Shown in pieces: positions 13,712 through 37,134 of a stretch of DNA of 64,000 bases. The stretch comes from Amphiscolops sp. MND2022 (taxonomy: Eukaryota). The stretch lies in the NCBI GenBank assembly GCA_964187785.1, contig OZ076414.1, positions 51,274,001 to 51,338,000 of the forward strand, in the 5' to 3' direction. The number at the start of each line of letters is the position of its first letter. Position 1 is the first letter of the stretch. The notes beneath the pieces are model-generated. The model saw only the letters and a list, made by a program, of their open reading frames with translations. It was not told the DNA's origin and ran no database searches. The position numbers and the translations under genes were made by a program.

Positions 13712-15242
13712 AAGTTCCAAATTTCTCGAAATACTATTGAGGTATAGGTTCAAGTTTTGTTTCAAATTCAAAACAAAAAATTGCCCGTTTATTGCTAGTC
13801 AAAACTTGAGTGACTTTTGCACCTCATGTTTTTTATGTAAAAGATGAATATATTACAAGATGTCTCCCTTAGAAAAGTTTCAACTGGCTTTAGCTTTATG
13901 GTACCCTAGTGTCTGTTTACCAACGCAGAATCATTTGAAACGGAATAGTAATTTATTCAGAACCTGAAATTAATTTTAGGACTAACCTTGCGTTAAAGGA
14001 AGTCACCCAAATCATTGAGGTTTCCAAACGAACAACCTGGCAACAAACTAACTTTTATAACAGTCACCATTTTACATCCCCATTTAGCGTGTCAGCTTTA
14101 ATTCGCCACATTTAAGTTAGCCCGTAAAACTTAGCCACAGTTAAGTTAGCCACCAACTAAGTTCGCCACATACAAGTTCGCCAATTCAGTTCGTATTCAA
14201 TTTCCATTAGCTGAAATGTGCGAAAAATAAACCTTGCGAACTTATTTGGTGCTAATTGAAACGTGGCTAAGTTTTACGGACGTTAGTGGCGAACTTACAA
14301 GGGCACCCTATTTAGATTCGAATAAAATAATTGAGGAAGAGTTCAAGAAAAAGCCGGGGACAATCGTTGCTGAATCGAACCACGCGGTCACAATAATTCG
14401 AGAAAAAGCCAGGGACAATCGTTGCTGAATCGAATCACACGGTCACAATAGTGACAAAGCGAGGACGCCAAGCGATATTGAAATGACACATAGCCACAAA
14501 GGTGCATCTCACTGTCCGAAAACAATTACAAAAAGAGGAAATAGCCCTTCATTGGAGATAAAAGTTGCAGCACGAAAAGACGCTGAAGAAAGAAGCGAAA
14601 TGGAATTAAACAAACCGATCAAAATCTTCGCAGCGAAGGACTACAAAACAAATGCCCAACCAAAGCAAAACCGTTCCCCACGAAAACAATTAAAACCAAA
14701 AAATCCTTAGCGGGACTATCAGACAAAACTGTGGACATCCTTGACACCTCTTCTGACGAAAACAACGAACCCACACAACAAGAAACAAAAAAAGAGAAAG
14801 CACAGAAAGAAAATCGAACGAAAAACAAGCTGTACAGGACACAAACAGCAACACGTTACGTCAAAGCCAACAACCAAAACGACGCCCAGATTGGTATGGA
14901 CAAAATATCATGGTATCAAAAATTGAGGAGCCAGAGGGAGGGGCGCAAACCAATGAATCGCAGCTAAATGAAGCAATTCAAGAGGAATTAGAAGCTATCC
15001 CAAACATCGAAGAAATGACCCAACAAGAAATCGATGAATAGATTAACAATTAGAAACCAGCAGAATCTGAAACTGAACAAACCTATATAGTATGTTAATA
15101 ATCGTTTCTGTAAACATTTCAATATAGCAATCTCTTGAGTGGTAGCTTGAGTGGTAACACTTAAACATTTCTGTTAGTGTTATTTGTATTGTAAACTTAA
15201 TTACCCTTAAATAGTACGAACTTCATCCCGTAGAGAGGGAGG

Positions 15243-15434
15243 TGTGGCCAAGGCCAAAAACAAAAAAGATTGATGCCAACATTTAATTGAAAAACATTGT
15301 GAAACATTTAATAAAGTACCTGTTCCATACGTCGTCGAAACGACACAAATGAAAAACATTTGCAGCAAGTTGCCTTTATACAGTTGAATCGAAACAATTC
15401 ATATCTTGTTAGCTCAGTGTTTTTGACAATAACA
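15243..15434 (+). repeat. 3' LTR (tandem copy 3)
   Basis: Near-identical to 11839-12030, with PPT before and AAGTT after. Confidence 0.92.
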
Positions 15435-15717
15435 AAGTTCCAAATTTCTCGAAATACTACTGAGGTATAGGTTCAAGTTTTGTTCCAAATTCAAAACAAA
15501 AAATTGCCCGTTTATTGCTAGTCAAAACTTGAGTGACTTTTGCACCTCAGGTTTTTTATGTAAAAGATGAATATATTACAAGATGTCTCCCTTAGAAAAG
15601 TTTCAACTGGCTTTAGCTTTTTGGTACCCTAGTGTCTGTTTGCCAACGCAAAATCATTTGAAACGGAAGAGTAATTTATTCAGAACCTGAAATTAATTTT
15701 AGAACTAACCTTGCGTT

Positions 15718-16085
15718 AAAGGAAACGCTAAAGGAAACCTTGCGTAGAACTTAAACCTTGCGTCACCCAAATCATTGAGGTTTCCAAGCGAACAACCTGG
15801 CAACAAACTAACTTTTATAACAGTCAATATTTTACATCCCCATTTAGCGTGTCAGCTTTAATTCGCCACATTTAAGTTAGCCCGTAAAACTTAGCAAAAC
15901 TTAGTAAAAGGAAACGTTAAAGGAAACCTTGCGTAGAACTTAAACCTTGCGTCACCCAAATCATTGAGGTTTCCAAGCGAACAACCTGGCAACAAACTAA
16001 CTTTTATAACAGTCAATATTTTACATCCCCATTTAGCGTGTCAGCTTTAATTCGCCACATTTAAGTTAGCCCGTAAAACTTAGCC
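15718..16085 (+). repeat. Local ~190-bp tandem duplication within unit 3
   Basis: AAAGGAAACGYTAAAGGAAACCTTGCGTAGAAC...GCCCGTAAAACTTAGC occurs twice in succession. Confidence 0.85.
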
Positions 16086-19000
16086 ACAGTTAAGTTAGCC
16101 ACCAAATAAGTTCGCCATATACAAGTTCGCCAATTCAGTTCGTATTCAATTTCCATTGGCTGAAATGTGCGAAAAATAAACCTTGCGAACTTATTTGGTG
16201 CTAATTGAAACGTGGCTAAGTTTTACGGACGTTAGTGGCGAACTTACAAGGGCACCCTATTTAGATTCGAATAAAATAATTGAGGAAGAGTTGAACTAGG
16301 TAATTATTACGAGAAAAAACTTCAATCAGGGATATCAAAAAATTATTGTCGTTTATTAAAAACAAAAAAACTATGATCATATATTTTTCGGGAGCTCACC
16401 CTGGAATAATTCAATTTTGAAAATTGAATAGAAACCAGAGCCGCATGTGCGATAAAGGAGCCGGAAATGAATTGAATTATTGAAAAGTAAATTACGTACA
16501 TTATTGTCATTTGGTCAATTTTGGACTGATTTTTGCTATGTTTCTCAGATCCCAGTCATACAAATTTGATGTGATTGCGCACACAGGAGCACCTTTGCAT
16601 GTATAATGACTGCTAAATTTTATTCAAAATGGTATGGACAGTTTTTGAGAATTATGAAATTTTCATTAAAAGGTCGGGAGAAAAACGGTACGGGTGCAAA
16701 AGTAGTCAAAATTTTTTCCGACTTCTAAAAATTGTCAAATTTTGAACACTGAATAGTTGTTCCGGCTTGCTTAACTATGTGCATTGGATCCTTTACTATG
16801 ATTCAATGACTCAGATTCCAAGAACATCGAAGGTTGGAAGAACGCTTTTCAGCTGAGCAACGGTGAATCCTGGGTTGTTGCGTCCGGGATCCCACGTATA
16901 TACATTTAGAAGCAGACATATTCCAATTTCTAGATAGAAAATCAAAACAACTCAGCTTCTTTTCAAACACATAAAAAAGTTTCCATATTGAAATATTCAA
17001 TACTTGGACCTAACTTTTTTTACTAGAGAAAATTAAAAAATAAGTTATGGGTTCGAAATAGGTTTTAATGTAATTTAGGAAAGTTTGTTCCCTCAGGGAA
17101 AATAATTTTTTTTCTCGGTATCCCTGACAATAATTGGAACCATGAATTTAGTCGGGGATGAAAACAGAATTAACGCTTAGGGAGCGCAACTAAGCAGGAA
17201 TGAATAAACTATTTCACCAAACGTGGGTATTATAACATTTATGTCAAATTTCAATTTTGCATAAGCTAACACAATACAATACTCAGGTCTGCGTAGCTTC
17301 ACGATAACCTCAGGACAGTGAGGGAAGCCAAGAAAAAGGGGGAGTGATTCAATCTCATGCTTGAGTGAACAATAATGGGAGGGGAAAAGTGAAGAAGATT
17401 TGAGGGATGACCTCTTTTAAAACGGGATCACTTTCTTAGGCCAGGGAATGTTGGTTGGTAAACACATGACCAAACACGGAATGGAAATAAAAAAGTCTTT
17501 ATTTTTTATAAAATCTTATTGGCTATGGTATTTTTCATCTTACCTCTTCGAAAAAAAACATCAAGGCCGAATTACAGCTTTCGCTACTAATTCTAAATTG
17601 TTCAACCTAAAACGTAGGCCACACATGAAAACTTGGATGACTGTTTCACGAAAATTAGAATGTTTTTGCCTATTTTATCAACTCGTAATTCCAATTTGAC
17701 TCTTTTCAAGAGGAGTAGAAACAATGGATAAAACTTTTTTTTACAATTTGTACTTAATGTCTGAAAATCACTCACCATCAGTTTTTTTCAGGCTACTTCC
17801 TAATTATTCATGGCGGAAATCATTAATAAACACGTAAAACAAATAGGTTAAAAGAAGAATGTTTTTACTTACCTGAAGAAATGCAGCCTGTATTTCAAAG
17901 ATTGTGTAATTGAACAAAGATTGTACCAATGTCTCGATTCAAAAGAAAAATGTCGACATCAATACCATTGGACGACACTAACGGGGGTTGAAATAGGATA
18001 CCGGAACGCAGAATATAGTTTCCAGACTCCGGAATGAGCAAATCGCTTCCATTTGTGATCATTATTCATCACATGTGTCATTTCCGGTCAAGCCACCTAG
18101 CGCCAGAATTTGGTCAGAATTACTCGACCAATCTAAAGAACTTTCAATAAACGGAATTTTCTTTAGATTCCATGGATTGGAGCTAAAGGCGAATGATTGG
18201 CGAATGAGAACAACACTTTCAAGCAATACGTATCTTCAGACAGATTGGCAAGTTGTTCATCAATATTAAGTATTTTTGCCTCTTTAAAGTTCCACTCAAC
18301 TCGAACTGTGATAGCAAACTTCTATTTTTTTCAAACAAGACGTGACTGATGAAGAAAATACCCGTTGTTGCGTTCAATTATTGATTATTTCCTGTTGAAT
18401 TTATCAGCCATGTGATTAATTCGCCGCTCTGAGACGTTCGGCTAGTTATAACCTGGTTAGTTTCAAAGTTATAAATTGATAAAAAGCAGACTTTGTGTCT
18501 GAGACTCGGCTGATCAGTATCTGCGCCGCACATCAAACAGGCACTGAAGACCCGGGTAGGAGGTAGTTGATACCACATAGGCTCCCAAGAGACGGCGTTG
18601 CATAATCAAACAAGTCATTTGGTATTCATTCTTGCCCAAAACCCACAAAACAACGCTTCATAAAATTATCAAGACTACAGCACACCCTAATTACATTTCA
18701 ATAATTTTGTATATATTTTTTAGGATATTTTCCACCCCAGTATTACAAAATCTTCGAAAAATCCAAAAAAATGTCCGCTTTCCCTGTTTGAAAGTGAATC
18801 AGTTCTTATCCTTGATGATAAATCGAAAACTTCAGCGTTGAAAATGTACCTAAAGACCCTGCGGCCTCAAAAAACGCCGTAAAAAGCTCAACCATTATTC
18901 AAATAAAGCGAAAAAATCCGGAAATCATTAATCCGAAAAATTCCAAGATATCAAGAAACATATGGCTGGTTGCATTTGAATCCCACACCCGGTTATCACC

Positions 19001-19639
19001 GGGATATTTTCCGCCCTTCAGCGTCAAAACAGGGCAAGTTTTGCCTACTTTGAACACTCGTAACACCGAAGAATTTAGGCTTACATTTTTGATTCCGCGT
19101 GACAACTTCATGGGCCACTTGGTGGTGACAGAAAAACCCGCGTTTCAGTTTATTGCCTTTTTGGCTGCCAAATTAAAAAAAAATTGGCAAAAAAAACTTT
19201 TTTTGGATCTTCGAAGGTCATTTAAAATGTTACTCTGCAAGAAATTGTTTCCCAAAAGCTACCCCAGAAAGTTTCGACTTTCTCACGTTTATCATGAAAC
19301 TGTTGAAATAATCGAGAAAGGTTCAAATGTTTTGTCTCTGCATATTTTTATTTTGAGCAAACTATTATTTCCTTAAAAGGATCAGTTACCAAAAGATGGC
19401 TATTTTCATATTTTTGCGGAAATTGATGTCTTTTAAGAGGTTCTTTTCAAACAAAAATGTTAGTTCTAATCAATACTTTCCAAAATCCTGTCTCGTAAAA
19501 AACTCATCATTGATTGATTGGCACCAATTCAAGGTACGTAGTTTCCAAAAAAAGCATGTTGGGAGAAAAATTAAGGAAATTTTATTCAGTCTGATTTGAC
19601 TGTAAATGAAATTTTTTGCCAAGTAACCATTGGAAATTC

Positions 19640-20000
19640 CAACAAGACGGGAACGTCCCAAGTCGGCGCCATATCTTAGGCTCAAAAATATTCAAGGAAC
19701 AACTATTGGAAATATTTGGAAAAAATTATTTTTTTTCCAAAAAAAGTATTTGGTAAAAAAGTCGCACAATGCCGAAAAACCTAAAAAGAGGTCATTTAGG
19801 CTCATTCAACGTTTTCTACAAACCGAAAATTTCAAAAAATGCAAGGGGGTACCCTTTGATAAAATTCGAAAACTTTCGAAAAAAGTCGCATAGTGCCGAA
19901 AAAAACCCAAAGGGGTGACCCTTTGGTCTCACCTGTACTTTTGGAAGCATTAAAAAATTTATGGTTTAGTGCGAGAATCGAACCCACGCTCTCCGGCTTG
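19640..20000 (-). mobile_element. Copy of an abundant non-autonomous interspersed repeat (SINE- or Helentron/HINE-like)
   Basis: One end AACAAGxCGGGAACGxCCCAAGTCGGCGCC, body with GCCGAAAA/AAAGGGGGTACC motifs, other end a tRNA B-box-like GGTTCGA. Related copies near 3065, 6855, 23450, 24470, 27210 and 31170. Confidence 0.7.
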
Positions 20001-22799
20001 GTCGAAGATGGAAGATGAACAAATATGAAAGATGAACAAATTGTAAGAAAAGTGGAATATCAGAGTGAGATTGTCAACTGAAAAAAAAACTACTCACTGT
20101 AAGAGTCGGGCTTTTTTCCTTAAGGGAAAAGGCGCCGACTAAAAAACAGCTCAAATGTTTTGAAACTACGTTACTGCAAACAAACTTGAGACTTAGTAAA
20201 GCCCCAGTGATGACCAATTTAATGTTTATTACTAGAAAATGGGCACACTAATGAATTTATTGAATAACTTGCATGGGTTTTCTGCAAACACTTCCCAAGA
20301 ACCAAGGTATCTATTTTCACAATCGATACTTATTTATGCACACCAAAATCAATATCGTGTTCAAAAGAAGTCAATGTTTGGTCTTACATTATATAGCCAA
20401 GAAAAGGTTACAAGAAGGTTGCTGTAAAACTCGTTTGAGATCATTGAAAATTCGTTTGTTTGCTCATTCAAAGAAAAATACAACAGATTTTTCAATGGGA
20501 TTCAATATTATAGTTATTGAAAGTATTAACGATACATTATGTCGGTTTTAGATTTAAAATGGTCATCACTGCTATTAATTTTGAGAATTGTTCGATGCTT
20601 TGATTGAACTTTTTGATAAACGTAACAATAATGACTATTTTTAGTCGGGGCTTTTTTGAAAAAAAATGCTGACTGTAAGTGGCTGACTGTAAGTTTTTTC
20701 TGTCACTCTAAATGTCCACTTTATAAATTTTGAATGGTGTGGAAATTTTAGTTTTTGGCGTCTGCAAGAATCCTTTGCTTTTGCGCGAAGCACATACGCT
20801 AGGCAGAACTATGTTAATCATGTTTTTAGACCGCCGGAATAGTGAAAACAGCTGAACAGGCTGACAATAGCATGCTTCGATATGGCTTATTTGGCAAACT
20901 AGGTATTTACTTAGTAAACGAACGTTCTTAGGTAGAATTTATAAGTTATGGAATGACGTCGATGATGAAATTGTCGAATCGGATAAGTCCGAGTTGATCT
21001 CTGAGAGCGAATTTTGCTTAGTCACGCTTAAGAGCAAAAATATTCTAAGACCCGTTATTTGGAAACCGAGGGGGACCAAATCGAAAAACCCTCCAGTCGG
21101 GATTTTCTCAGAGACTATTTATCGTAGAGGACTGAAATTCGGCACACGTATACCTGAGCTGTTATGCTACCAGCCTATAAAAACGGAACCAAGCCCGAGA
21201 CCCCCCAGCCTCAGGCTAGTAGCACCGGAAGTGACACAGGTCGACCCTACGAACTCATCGGCGAAACACGGAGTATGTCATATAGTAGTATATGGAATCG
21301 ATAGCCCATAGAAGATTAAGCCGTTTGCGCATATCTTTGGAACCCTACGACGTGCGTAGGAGGAGCACGGACCTTATGTAAATTAACCGCGAACGTTATG
21401 TAAATAGCCACCAGTTGACCCGAGGATAATGAAACTTACCTAACATGTTCGCCTTCCAACCCTAAGGAATATACATGAAAGATACATTGATCGGTCCACC
21501 ACGCGCGGAGTAATGTTTGTTTAAGGCACGCGGGACGGGACGCACGGGCCCCACCAATAAATGACATCTGACCTTGGCTTGTAATACCTCAAACGAACCG
21601 TGATAACGAATGTAGTCGATTACTAACAAGAAAGGAAACGTATTTGTAACCCATGCGGGGGTAACCGCCTTAAGTAAACAAACTATACGCATAGCATGTA
21701 ATTCGGGAACCATTGACCTTGGGATGATATAACTTGGCATGTAGCAACTTTGGATGGGGACAAATAACTTCAAGGTCACATGAACCTCAAGGTCATTTTA
21801 GATGTAATACCGGAACAATTGGAAAAACTTATGATAAAACATATAAATCAGCGGCGTTGCGTGATAATTTATGCATTTCAGTCAGGCGAGAGGATTCGCA
21901 GTGCACCGCGCTCAGAATAAGAGAAAAGTAACCCTCACACGTAGAGAGCATGTAAGCCATGTAACTGAAGGTCATCGAACGATTGTATCGATAATAAAAA
22001 AATATCTTGGGTCTCGAATTATTTTGATATGTGAACTTTGTACAACTATTGTTGAATTATTTATCGTTGGCGGCAAGGAATGTTCAGTTGAAGAATAATT
22101 AGAAGCGACCGCCTTGCCATAAAAGGAATGGAGATTCATGATTTCAAAAGTATGTAAATAAAAGAGCGACATCGGTACAACAAAAATGCGGGCGATGAAC
22201 AAATATAATTGAGGCGGAATTAGAATATACTTGAAGTGACAACCGAGTTAGAAAGCTGGGATCAAGTTGAGTCTCGGGGAGACAAGATACTTGTTCCGAT
22301 TACCACTCGCGCTTCTCGATATTCGAGTAGGAGAGCTAGAAGAAAGTTGAGTCTCGCGGAGACAAGAGACACTTCTAGAGGATTACGTTGTCGCCAGTTC
22401 ATTCAGTAGATTTGCTGACAAGTCCGGGACTTGTGATAAACCTGTAGTTGGCTGAATCGAAGATTGGTTCTTCGATTGATGAATAGTAATTAGACTGATT
22501 TGAATTACCCAGTGTTATTTTTGTGTTAAAGTAATTGTATTATTCCATTACTCAAAATTTTTGGAAGACGCGAGCCGATAGAGCAAATCTGGAGAGAGAA
22601 ATTGACAGTAACAACAAAAGAGTTGCCTAACTCACTATAACAACCTTTCCTTTCTGCTAAGCTTCCAATCCGAGATTAAACCTCTCTCCGACCCCCGAAT
22701 TGGATTTTCTTACAAATGGGTCAAGATTCGAGAAGAATGGACCCGGCCCAAAGATTACCGCAGATGTCCAGATCCGGTGTAACACGTGCCTGAAAAGCA

Positions 22800-23470
22800 A
22801 GAGTACATGTGGGTTCGAGTCCCGCATTAAACCAAGTTTCTATTCTTGCAAAGGTAGAGGAAAACCCTTTTGGTTCTTTTCGGTAATATGCTACTTTTTT
22901 CATTTTATTTCAACCAAAACTTCAATTTTTTGGTGAAAATGAAGCGTTCTACGAAAATAGAGGGCCCCTTTGACTTCTTCGGCACTGTGAGTCTTGTCGA
23001 AAACATCTTTTTGACAAAAATTTTAAAAATTCTCAATATTTGGTTTTTGAGGCTTTTTGTTTGCGAAAACCGTTTTCCAAATATTGAGTATGACATCTTT
23101 GGTTATAGTTAGGTCTTGTGGGACTGATGAAAACTTTACCTAGGGTTTTGTCTGCATTGTGTGTTTTTTTTGGAGAATTTTCATTTGGTCAAAAGGTATT
23201 TTTCACTTCTTTGAACTTTTTCACTTTAAAGAACGTTTTAGGCTTAGAAAAGAATTTACCGAACCTAGAGGTCTCCTTTTGGGGTTCTTCGGCTCTATGA
23301 GATTATTGCAGGAAAGGAAAAAATCAACTTTTGAGTATCCCTATGGGTATTTTTTGGAGCAGTAACGTTGGTAAACTTATTCACAATAGTGTCCCTAACA
23401 TATTTAAAACACGTTACCCTTTTGAACCCTTGAGCGGAGCGTCGATTTGGGCCGTTCCCGGATTGCTCTA
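22800..23470 (+). mobile_element. Copy of the same interspersed repeat family
   Basis: B-box-like GTGGGTTCGAGTCCCGC near 22810, TTTTCGGCACTGTG body motif, GGGCCGTTCCCGG end near 23450. Confidence 0.6.
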
Positions 23471-26098
23471 AACCCTTCTTTCATTTTTTTGGCAGAGTTT
23501 GTAAACTTTTTTAGCGGATTAGGCAGCTGTTGACAGTACTCTACAACCACTATATAACATGGGTGTTTTAAAACACGTTTTAAAACTGTTTTGAAATACT
23601 GTTTTATTTTGAATAAAATACTATTCAGCGAGTAATGTCAAAATGAGCAATTTTATAAATGTCAAACAAGTGAAAATGAAAGTCTTTCCTGAAGAAATAC
23701 TGAAATTGGCATTCGAAGTGTTATGCCTAGTGTCATGATATTGAATGAATTCATTCTTTCAGGCTTGTTTTTAGTCGGCGCTTAAATTTAAAAAAGAGCC
23801 CGACTATAACAGTCACTCGTTTTTTTTCTTTTCTTTGAAGACAGACTCGAAGCGACGAACGTTAACGTTCAACTAAAGAAACCAAACGAATACCCGGGAA
23901 ACGCATCTAAGTTATTCCAAAGGGTCCCCCCTCTGGCTTTTTTACTTTTTAAACGTAACCTACAAAACCGGACGGTCCCCCTTTCGATTTTTTCGGCACT
24001 GTGCGACTTTTTTTCTAAAAATTTTAAATGTCCCCAAAGGGTCCCCTCTTCGAGTTCTTTGACATTTTGCAACTGAATGTATGTTAATAAATCCCAAATG
24101 GTCCCCCTTTTACATTTTTCGGCACTGTGAGACAAAGTCCTGGATAATCACTTTATGTCACCTTCGTCCGAAGAGTTGCGGAGAAAATAGTCGTAGGTAG
24201 AGTGCCTAAAACCGGAAATAATTACAGATGAAGAAGACGTTTTAATTGTTCCTAAATTGAAATCCTAAATTGTTCTTGAAGTTGAATACTTCAAGTTGAA
24301 TATTACAATTTGTAACTTATTGGCAAACATGACGGGTTGTCGCTTTTTTCTAATTGATATGAACTATCGCTTGATATGAGTTGTTTGCTATGCCCCCTTA
24401 AAGTTTCACCACAGTGCCCTTTTGCATACTCAAAACACTTTGTTCTCTTAGATCCCTGAGAAGGTGCGCCGAATCGGGCCGTTCCTGGCTTGTTTATGTT
24501 TGAAAAAGTCGGCGAGACCAAAAAAACAACTTCGGGTTTTCAGCACTGCGAGTTTCATTGAAGCTTTCGAATCTTACCAAAAAACACATCAAAATCATAA
24601 ACCACACTGAACTAGACTGAAATTGTTTTGTGATCTGAACACAGTATCCGAAATATTTGTTGTTTTCTCAAGCAAATGAAAAAAGTTACTTTCAGGTGGA
24701 TTGTTCTGCTACTTGGTCTAGTGATTATCGCGTGTGTTTGACCGTGGTGACTGATACTGTGAAGCAGATGTACCTGGGTCAGAGATTAGCAAAGGGCCCC
24801 CTTGGGGTAATTTTCGCAGTGACTTTTGAGAAATGGCAGTGATTTTGGTCCAATTTTCGAGTTAGCCCGAGATATAAAAAGGTAAGGTGCATCTACGGTT
24901 GCCAAAAGGCCTTTTAATTCTTCCACATTTTAACAGATTTGAAACATTTTAATTTAACATCAACAGATTTGAAACATTTAAACACATAATAAAAATGAAC
25001 AAAGTTATTCCCGAAGTTTATTGAATCTTGCCAGTTCAAAGCAAGGAATAAACTTTATTTCGAAGTGTTATTCTGGAACTCTATATACATTATTGTATGA
25101 GCTAGTCTTCAGACGTGGAGAAGTCATTTTTGATTTCAGAAACTTTGTTACTTTTGTCAATAAAAGAGTGGAATGTGTGATTAATAGAATATACGAAAAA
25201 GATCCCATTACCACTCGCTTTTTGTTGCCGTTACATCATCATTTTATCACATCTTGTCAGGCAAACGGTGTTGGTTCAAATCTGAGCAGCACGGAGCTTT
25301 TGTATCATTTCAAATAGAAAACCGTTTTCTGATAACGTATATAACAATTTAAAATGCAGATCCGAATTATCGACATCATATCGACGATATATAAAACGTC
25401 ATTCTAGAAAAAGCTTAGGATTCGAATTTCATCAATAGTTATTTTGGTCAATTTTCTAATTGAACAATAATATTACCAAATAATGTCTTTTGACCTTTCC
25501 TCTCAAAAACATTGACTTCTCGAACTTTATAACTATAAAGATCTTAAGATTTTAAAAGTACGGTCCCGTTTGGATTCTCCAGCGTCTTCAGGTCTCTAAG
25601 CGTCTCTTCAATTTGTTGTCGTGACACTGCAGTTAGAACCGTTGTTGAATTCAAGGGAACGAGCTCTATCTTCTGAGAATATAGCTAAATGGTTTTTTTC
25701 TTCAAAAAAAGCCTGGATGTTATATTCCCGCTCCCATATATGAAATATGGCAGGAAACAATTTCTATTCGAAATTCTTGAAAAATGAACTATAATAATAA
25801 CTTCTTGAAAACAAAGCATGAATTTAGTGAAAGTTGTCAATTGCAATTTTTAGACAGTAAACAAAAAATAAATAAAAATAATAAGTCTATAAAAGAAATC
25901 ATCAATATTTTCAATAACAATAGCAGATTTTATAAGTATCATCTGTATTGAAATCATCACAACAGAAATAAACAAAAACTGGCGAAATTCAGTTAGTTGT
26001 CCACAATAGTCAGCCAATCCGGGAAATCCAGTTGTTTCGTTGACAGCTAATAATTGGACAGACATTTTCAAAAATCTTTTCTGCTGCATTTTATTTCG

Positions 26099-35254
<9,156 letters not shown>

Positions 35255-35748
35255 ACAAACCTGAAATTAGAATGTGGGGCAAACCGGGGAACCTATGAAA
35301 AAAACAATCCTACAAACGTCACACTGTGCAAACAGGAAACGGATCCAATCAATTACTTTGAATATAGTTCATTTCTCTGGAAAAATTGGTGAAAGTGATT
35401 TCTGACTGAACATTTTACAAATTCAGAAGGTACAATAAATAATCAAAACCACTAGGAAAAGTCATACATCCGGCACAAAAACCTCCATGTCATAGTACTT
35501 GGAATTGCCGGTAGGATATTGAAATAGCTTCGTTGAAGTAGTTCCAAAATTACCAAAGACATTGAAGCTTTGCAGGAGAAGAGTAGAGAAACTTTAGTCC
35601 ACTATTTACAATTGGGTATTTATGCTGAAATTTGCAGCGAATCGCTCAAAATTGGGAAAAATTGCAGGTGGAATGATTGGTGGCATAAATAAAGAGACAA
35701 ATGAATGTCATGCAATTTAGAATTCGTAATAAAGTCAAATGACAAGTT

Positions 35749-36233
35749 TCATGACATGTGGGCCTTCAATTTGTTTTTAAACACAACTGGCAGTATTGAG
35801 AGCACTGCAAAAACAGCGAGCATTAGAACGCTGGTATAAGAAACGGCGTCTCCTGCTGTCGTTAATTTGTAGATATTCTGACCAGCTGATACTGCTACAA
35901 AGGAAGGTGGAGCAACCCCTATAAAAGTACCAAGAGTAAAGGGTATCAGAGACACATCCAGCACCGGTGACGTAATATTGATGAACCAGTTAGGTAAGAA
36001 TGGCGTGATTCGCAGAAATATGATGTAATTCAGCATATGTGGTCTGTGTTTGTTTACTGAACCCCTCCAGTCCTCGAGACGCTGTCTGCAGTATTTCTGT
36101 AGGAGAGGGGGTCCAATTAGGCTGGAGGCGAGGTAGCAGAGAGTAGCTCCAGTGGCACTGCATGAACAAATGAGGAAAAGGGCGATATAGAAATTGAAGA
36201 GGAAGCCACAGACTACACTGAGGAAAATGGAAC
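35749..36233 (-). CDS. TMEM41B: TMEM41B exon 2
   Basis: TTTCCAG acceptor; conserved FLRITPFLPNWFINITSP; TGA stop. Confidence 0.93.
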
Positions 36234-37134
36234 CTGGAAAAAGGAATCGTTTTTAACACGTGAACACAACAAATTATTGAAGTTAATTTTAATTATGTTT
36301 GATTGATTAAAAGTTTATAAACTTTTAATTGAACTTGATTACACTCTCAAACTTGAAGAGTATTTTAGTTGCCAGGATTTTGGGCGTACTAATTGCTAGG
36401 GGTGTGAATAAAGTTCAAGGAATAGCGTCTAAATTTGTTGCGGGTATGACGTTTGAAATCCAATGTCTCATGATAGAAAATGAACATGACTTGGCTTTAA
36501 ACATTATTTCCCGTTTTGCATTTCGGTGTTATACCTTGGACGTTATTCCTGCCCGCCACTAATTGCAGGTGATTTGGTGGCATCAATAACGAAAGAGGTT
36601 TCGAGGTTCAAAACTCGATGGTCGACTACTTACAAAAACAAGAGCATTATATTTATCACTTCTAATGACGCTTCAGTGAATAATGACTCGGTTGCGAATA
36701 AATCGGAAGTTCAAATTATCAGCTTGGTTTCCAGGATAGGTAAAACTAGCACAAAACTGATTTGAGAGCCGACAAAAACCAAAACTGATCAAAACGAAGG
36801 TACTGTAGATATGAACAACAAATTACTTTGTTTTATTTTCCAATTTATTCGAAAAGTATGAAGCCCAATACGTACCTGGAATGGCAAAAGTCTGCAGGAA
36901 TATATACACAAATGCGATGCACGTGATCAAAGAGTAGTAGTGGTTCTCCCGGTACAAAGAGAGCACCCTTGCAAGGTTCTTGGCATCTTCCATGTCTCGG
37001 GGCAGTTTCTGCACGACTTCTTTATGGTCTTCAGGCAGTTCGGGCAGCTGTTGTAAAACAGAGAGAAGCAGTGTGGAGGAAACCGCGAAGAGCACACACA
37101 AGAGGGAGAGAGAACGTCTGGTAGATTGCGCCAT
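35749..37134 (-). CDS. TMEM41B: Transmembrane protein 41B (VTT/DedA-domain lipid scramblase, stasimon); 2 exons
   Basis: Exon 1 37134-36876 (MAQSTRR...LQTFAIPG), exon 2 36233-35749 (GSIFLSV...YIIFLRITPFLPNWFINITSPV...GVAPPSFVA); canonical GT-AG intron, phase 1. Confidence 0.95.
36876..37134 (-). CDS. TMEM41B: TMEM41B exon 1
   Basis: ATG at 37134; LPRDMEDAKNLARVLSLY; donor G|GTACGT. Confidence 0.9.

Larger units (their letters stand above)
10994..16292 (+). repeat. Three tandem ~1.7-kb units of element 3' tail + PPT + LTR + host flank
   Basis: Units start near 10994, 12673 and 14342. LTR copies at 11839, 13520 and 15243 are each followed by AAGTTCCAAATTTCTCG. Unique sequence resumes after 16292. 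Confidence 0.95.

Noticed and set aside
17776-18270. Minus-strand GTAAGT/GTGAGT donors and a 24-nt micro-exon suggesting a spliced gene
   Set aside because: The phase needed by the micro-exon has a stop in the upstream exon and no family motif is convincing; it could still be non-coding.
20970-22610. GC-richer 1.6-kb block as a long solo LTR
   Set aside because: TGTC..GACA ends can be chosen, but there is no TSD and no partner copy; the boundaries cannot be supported.
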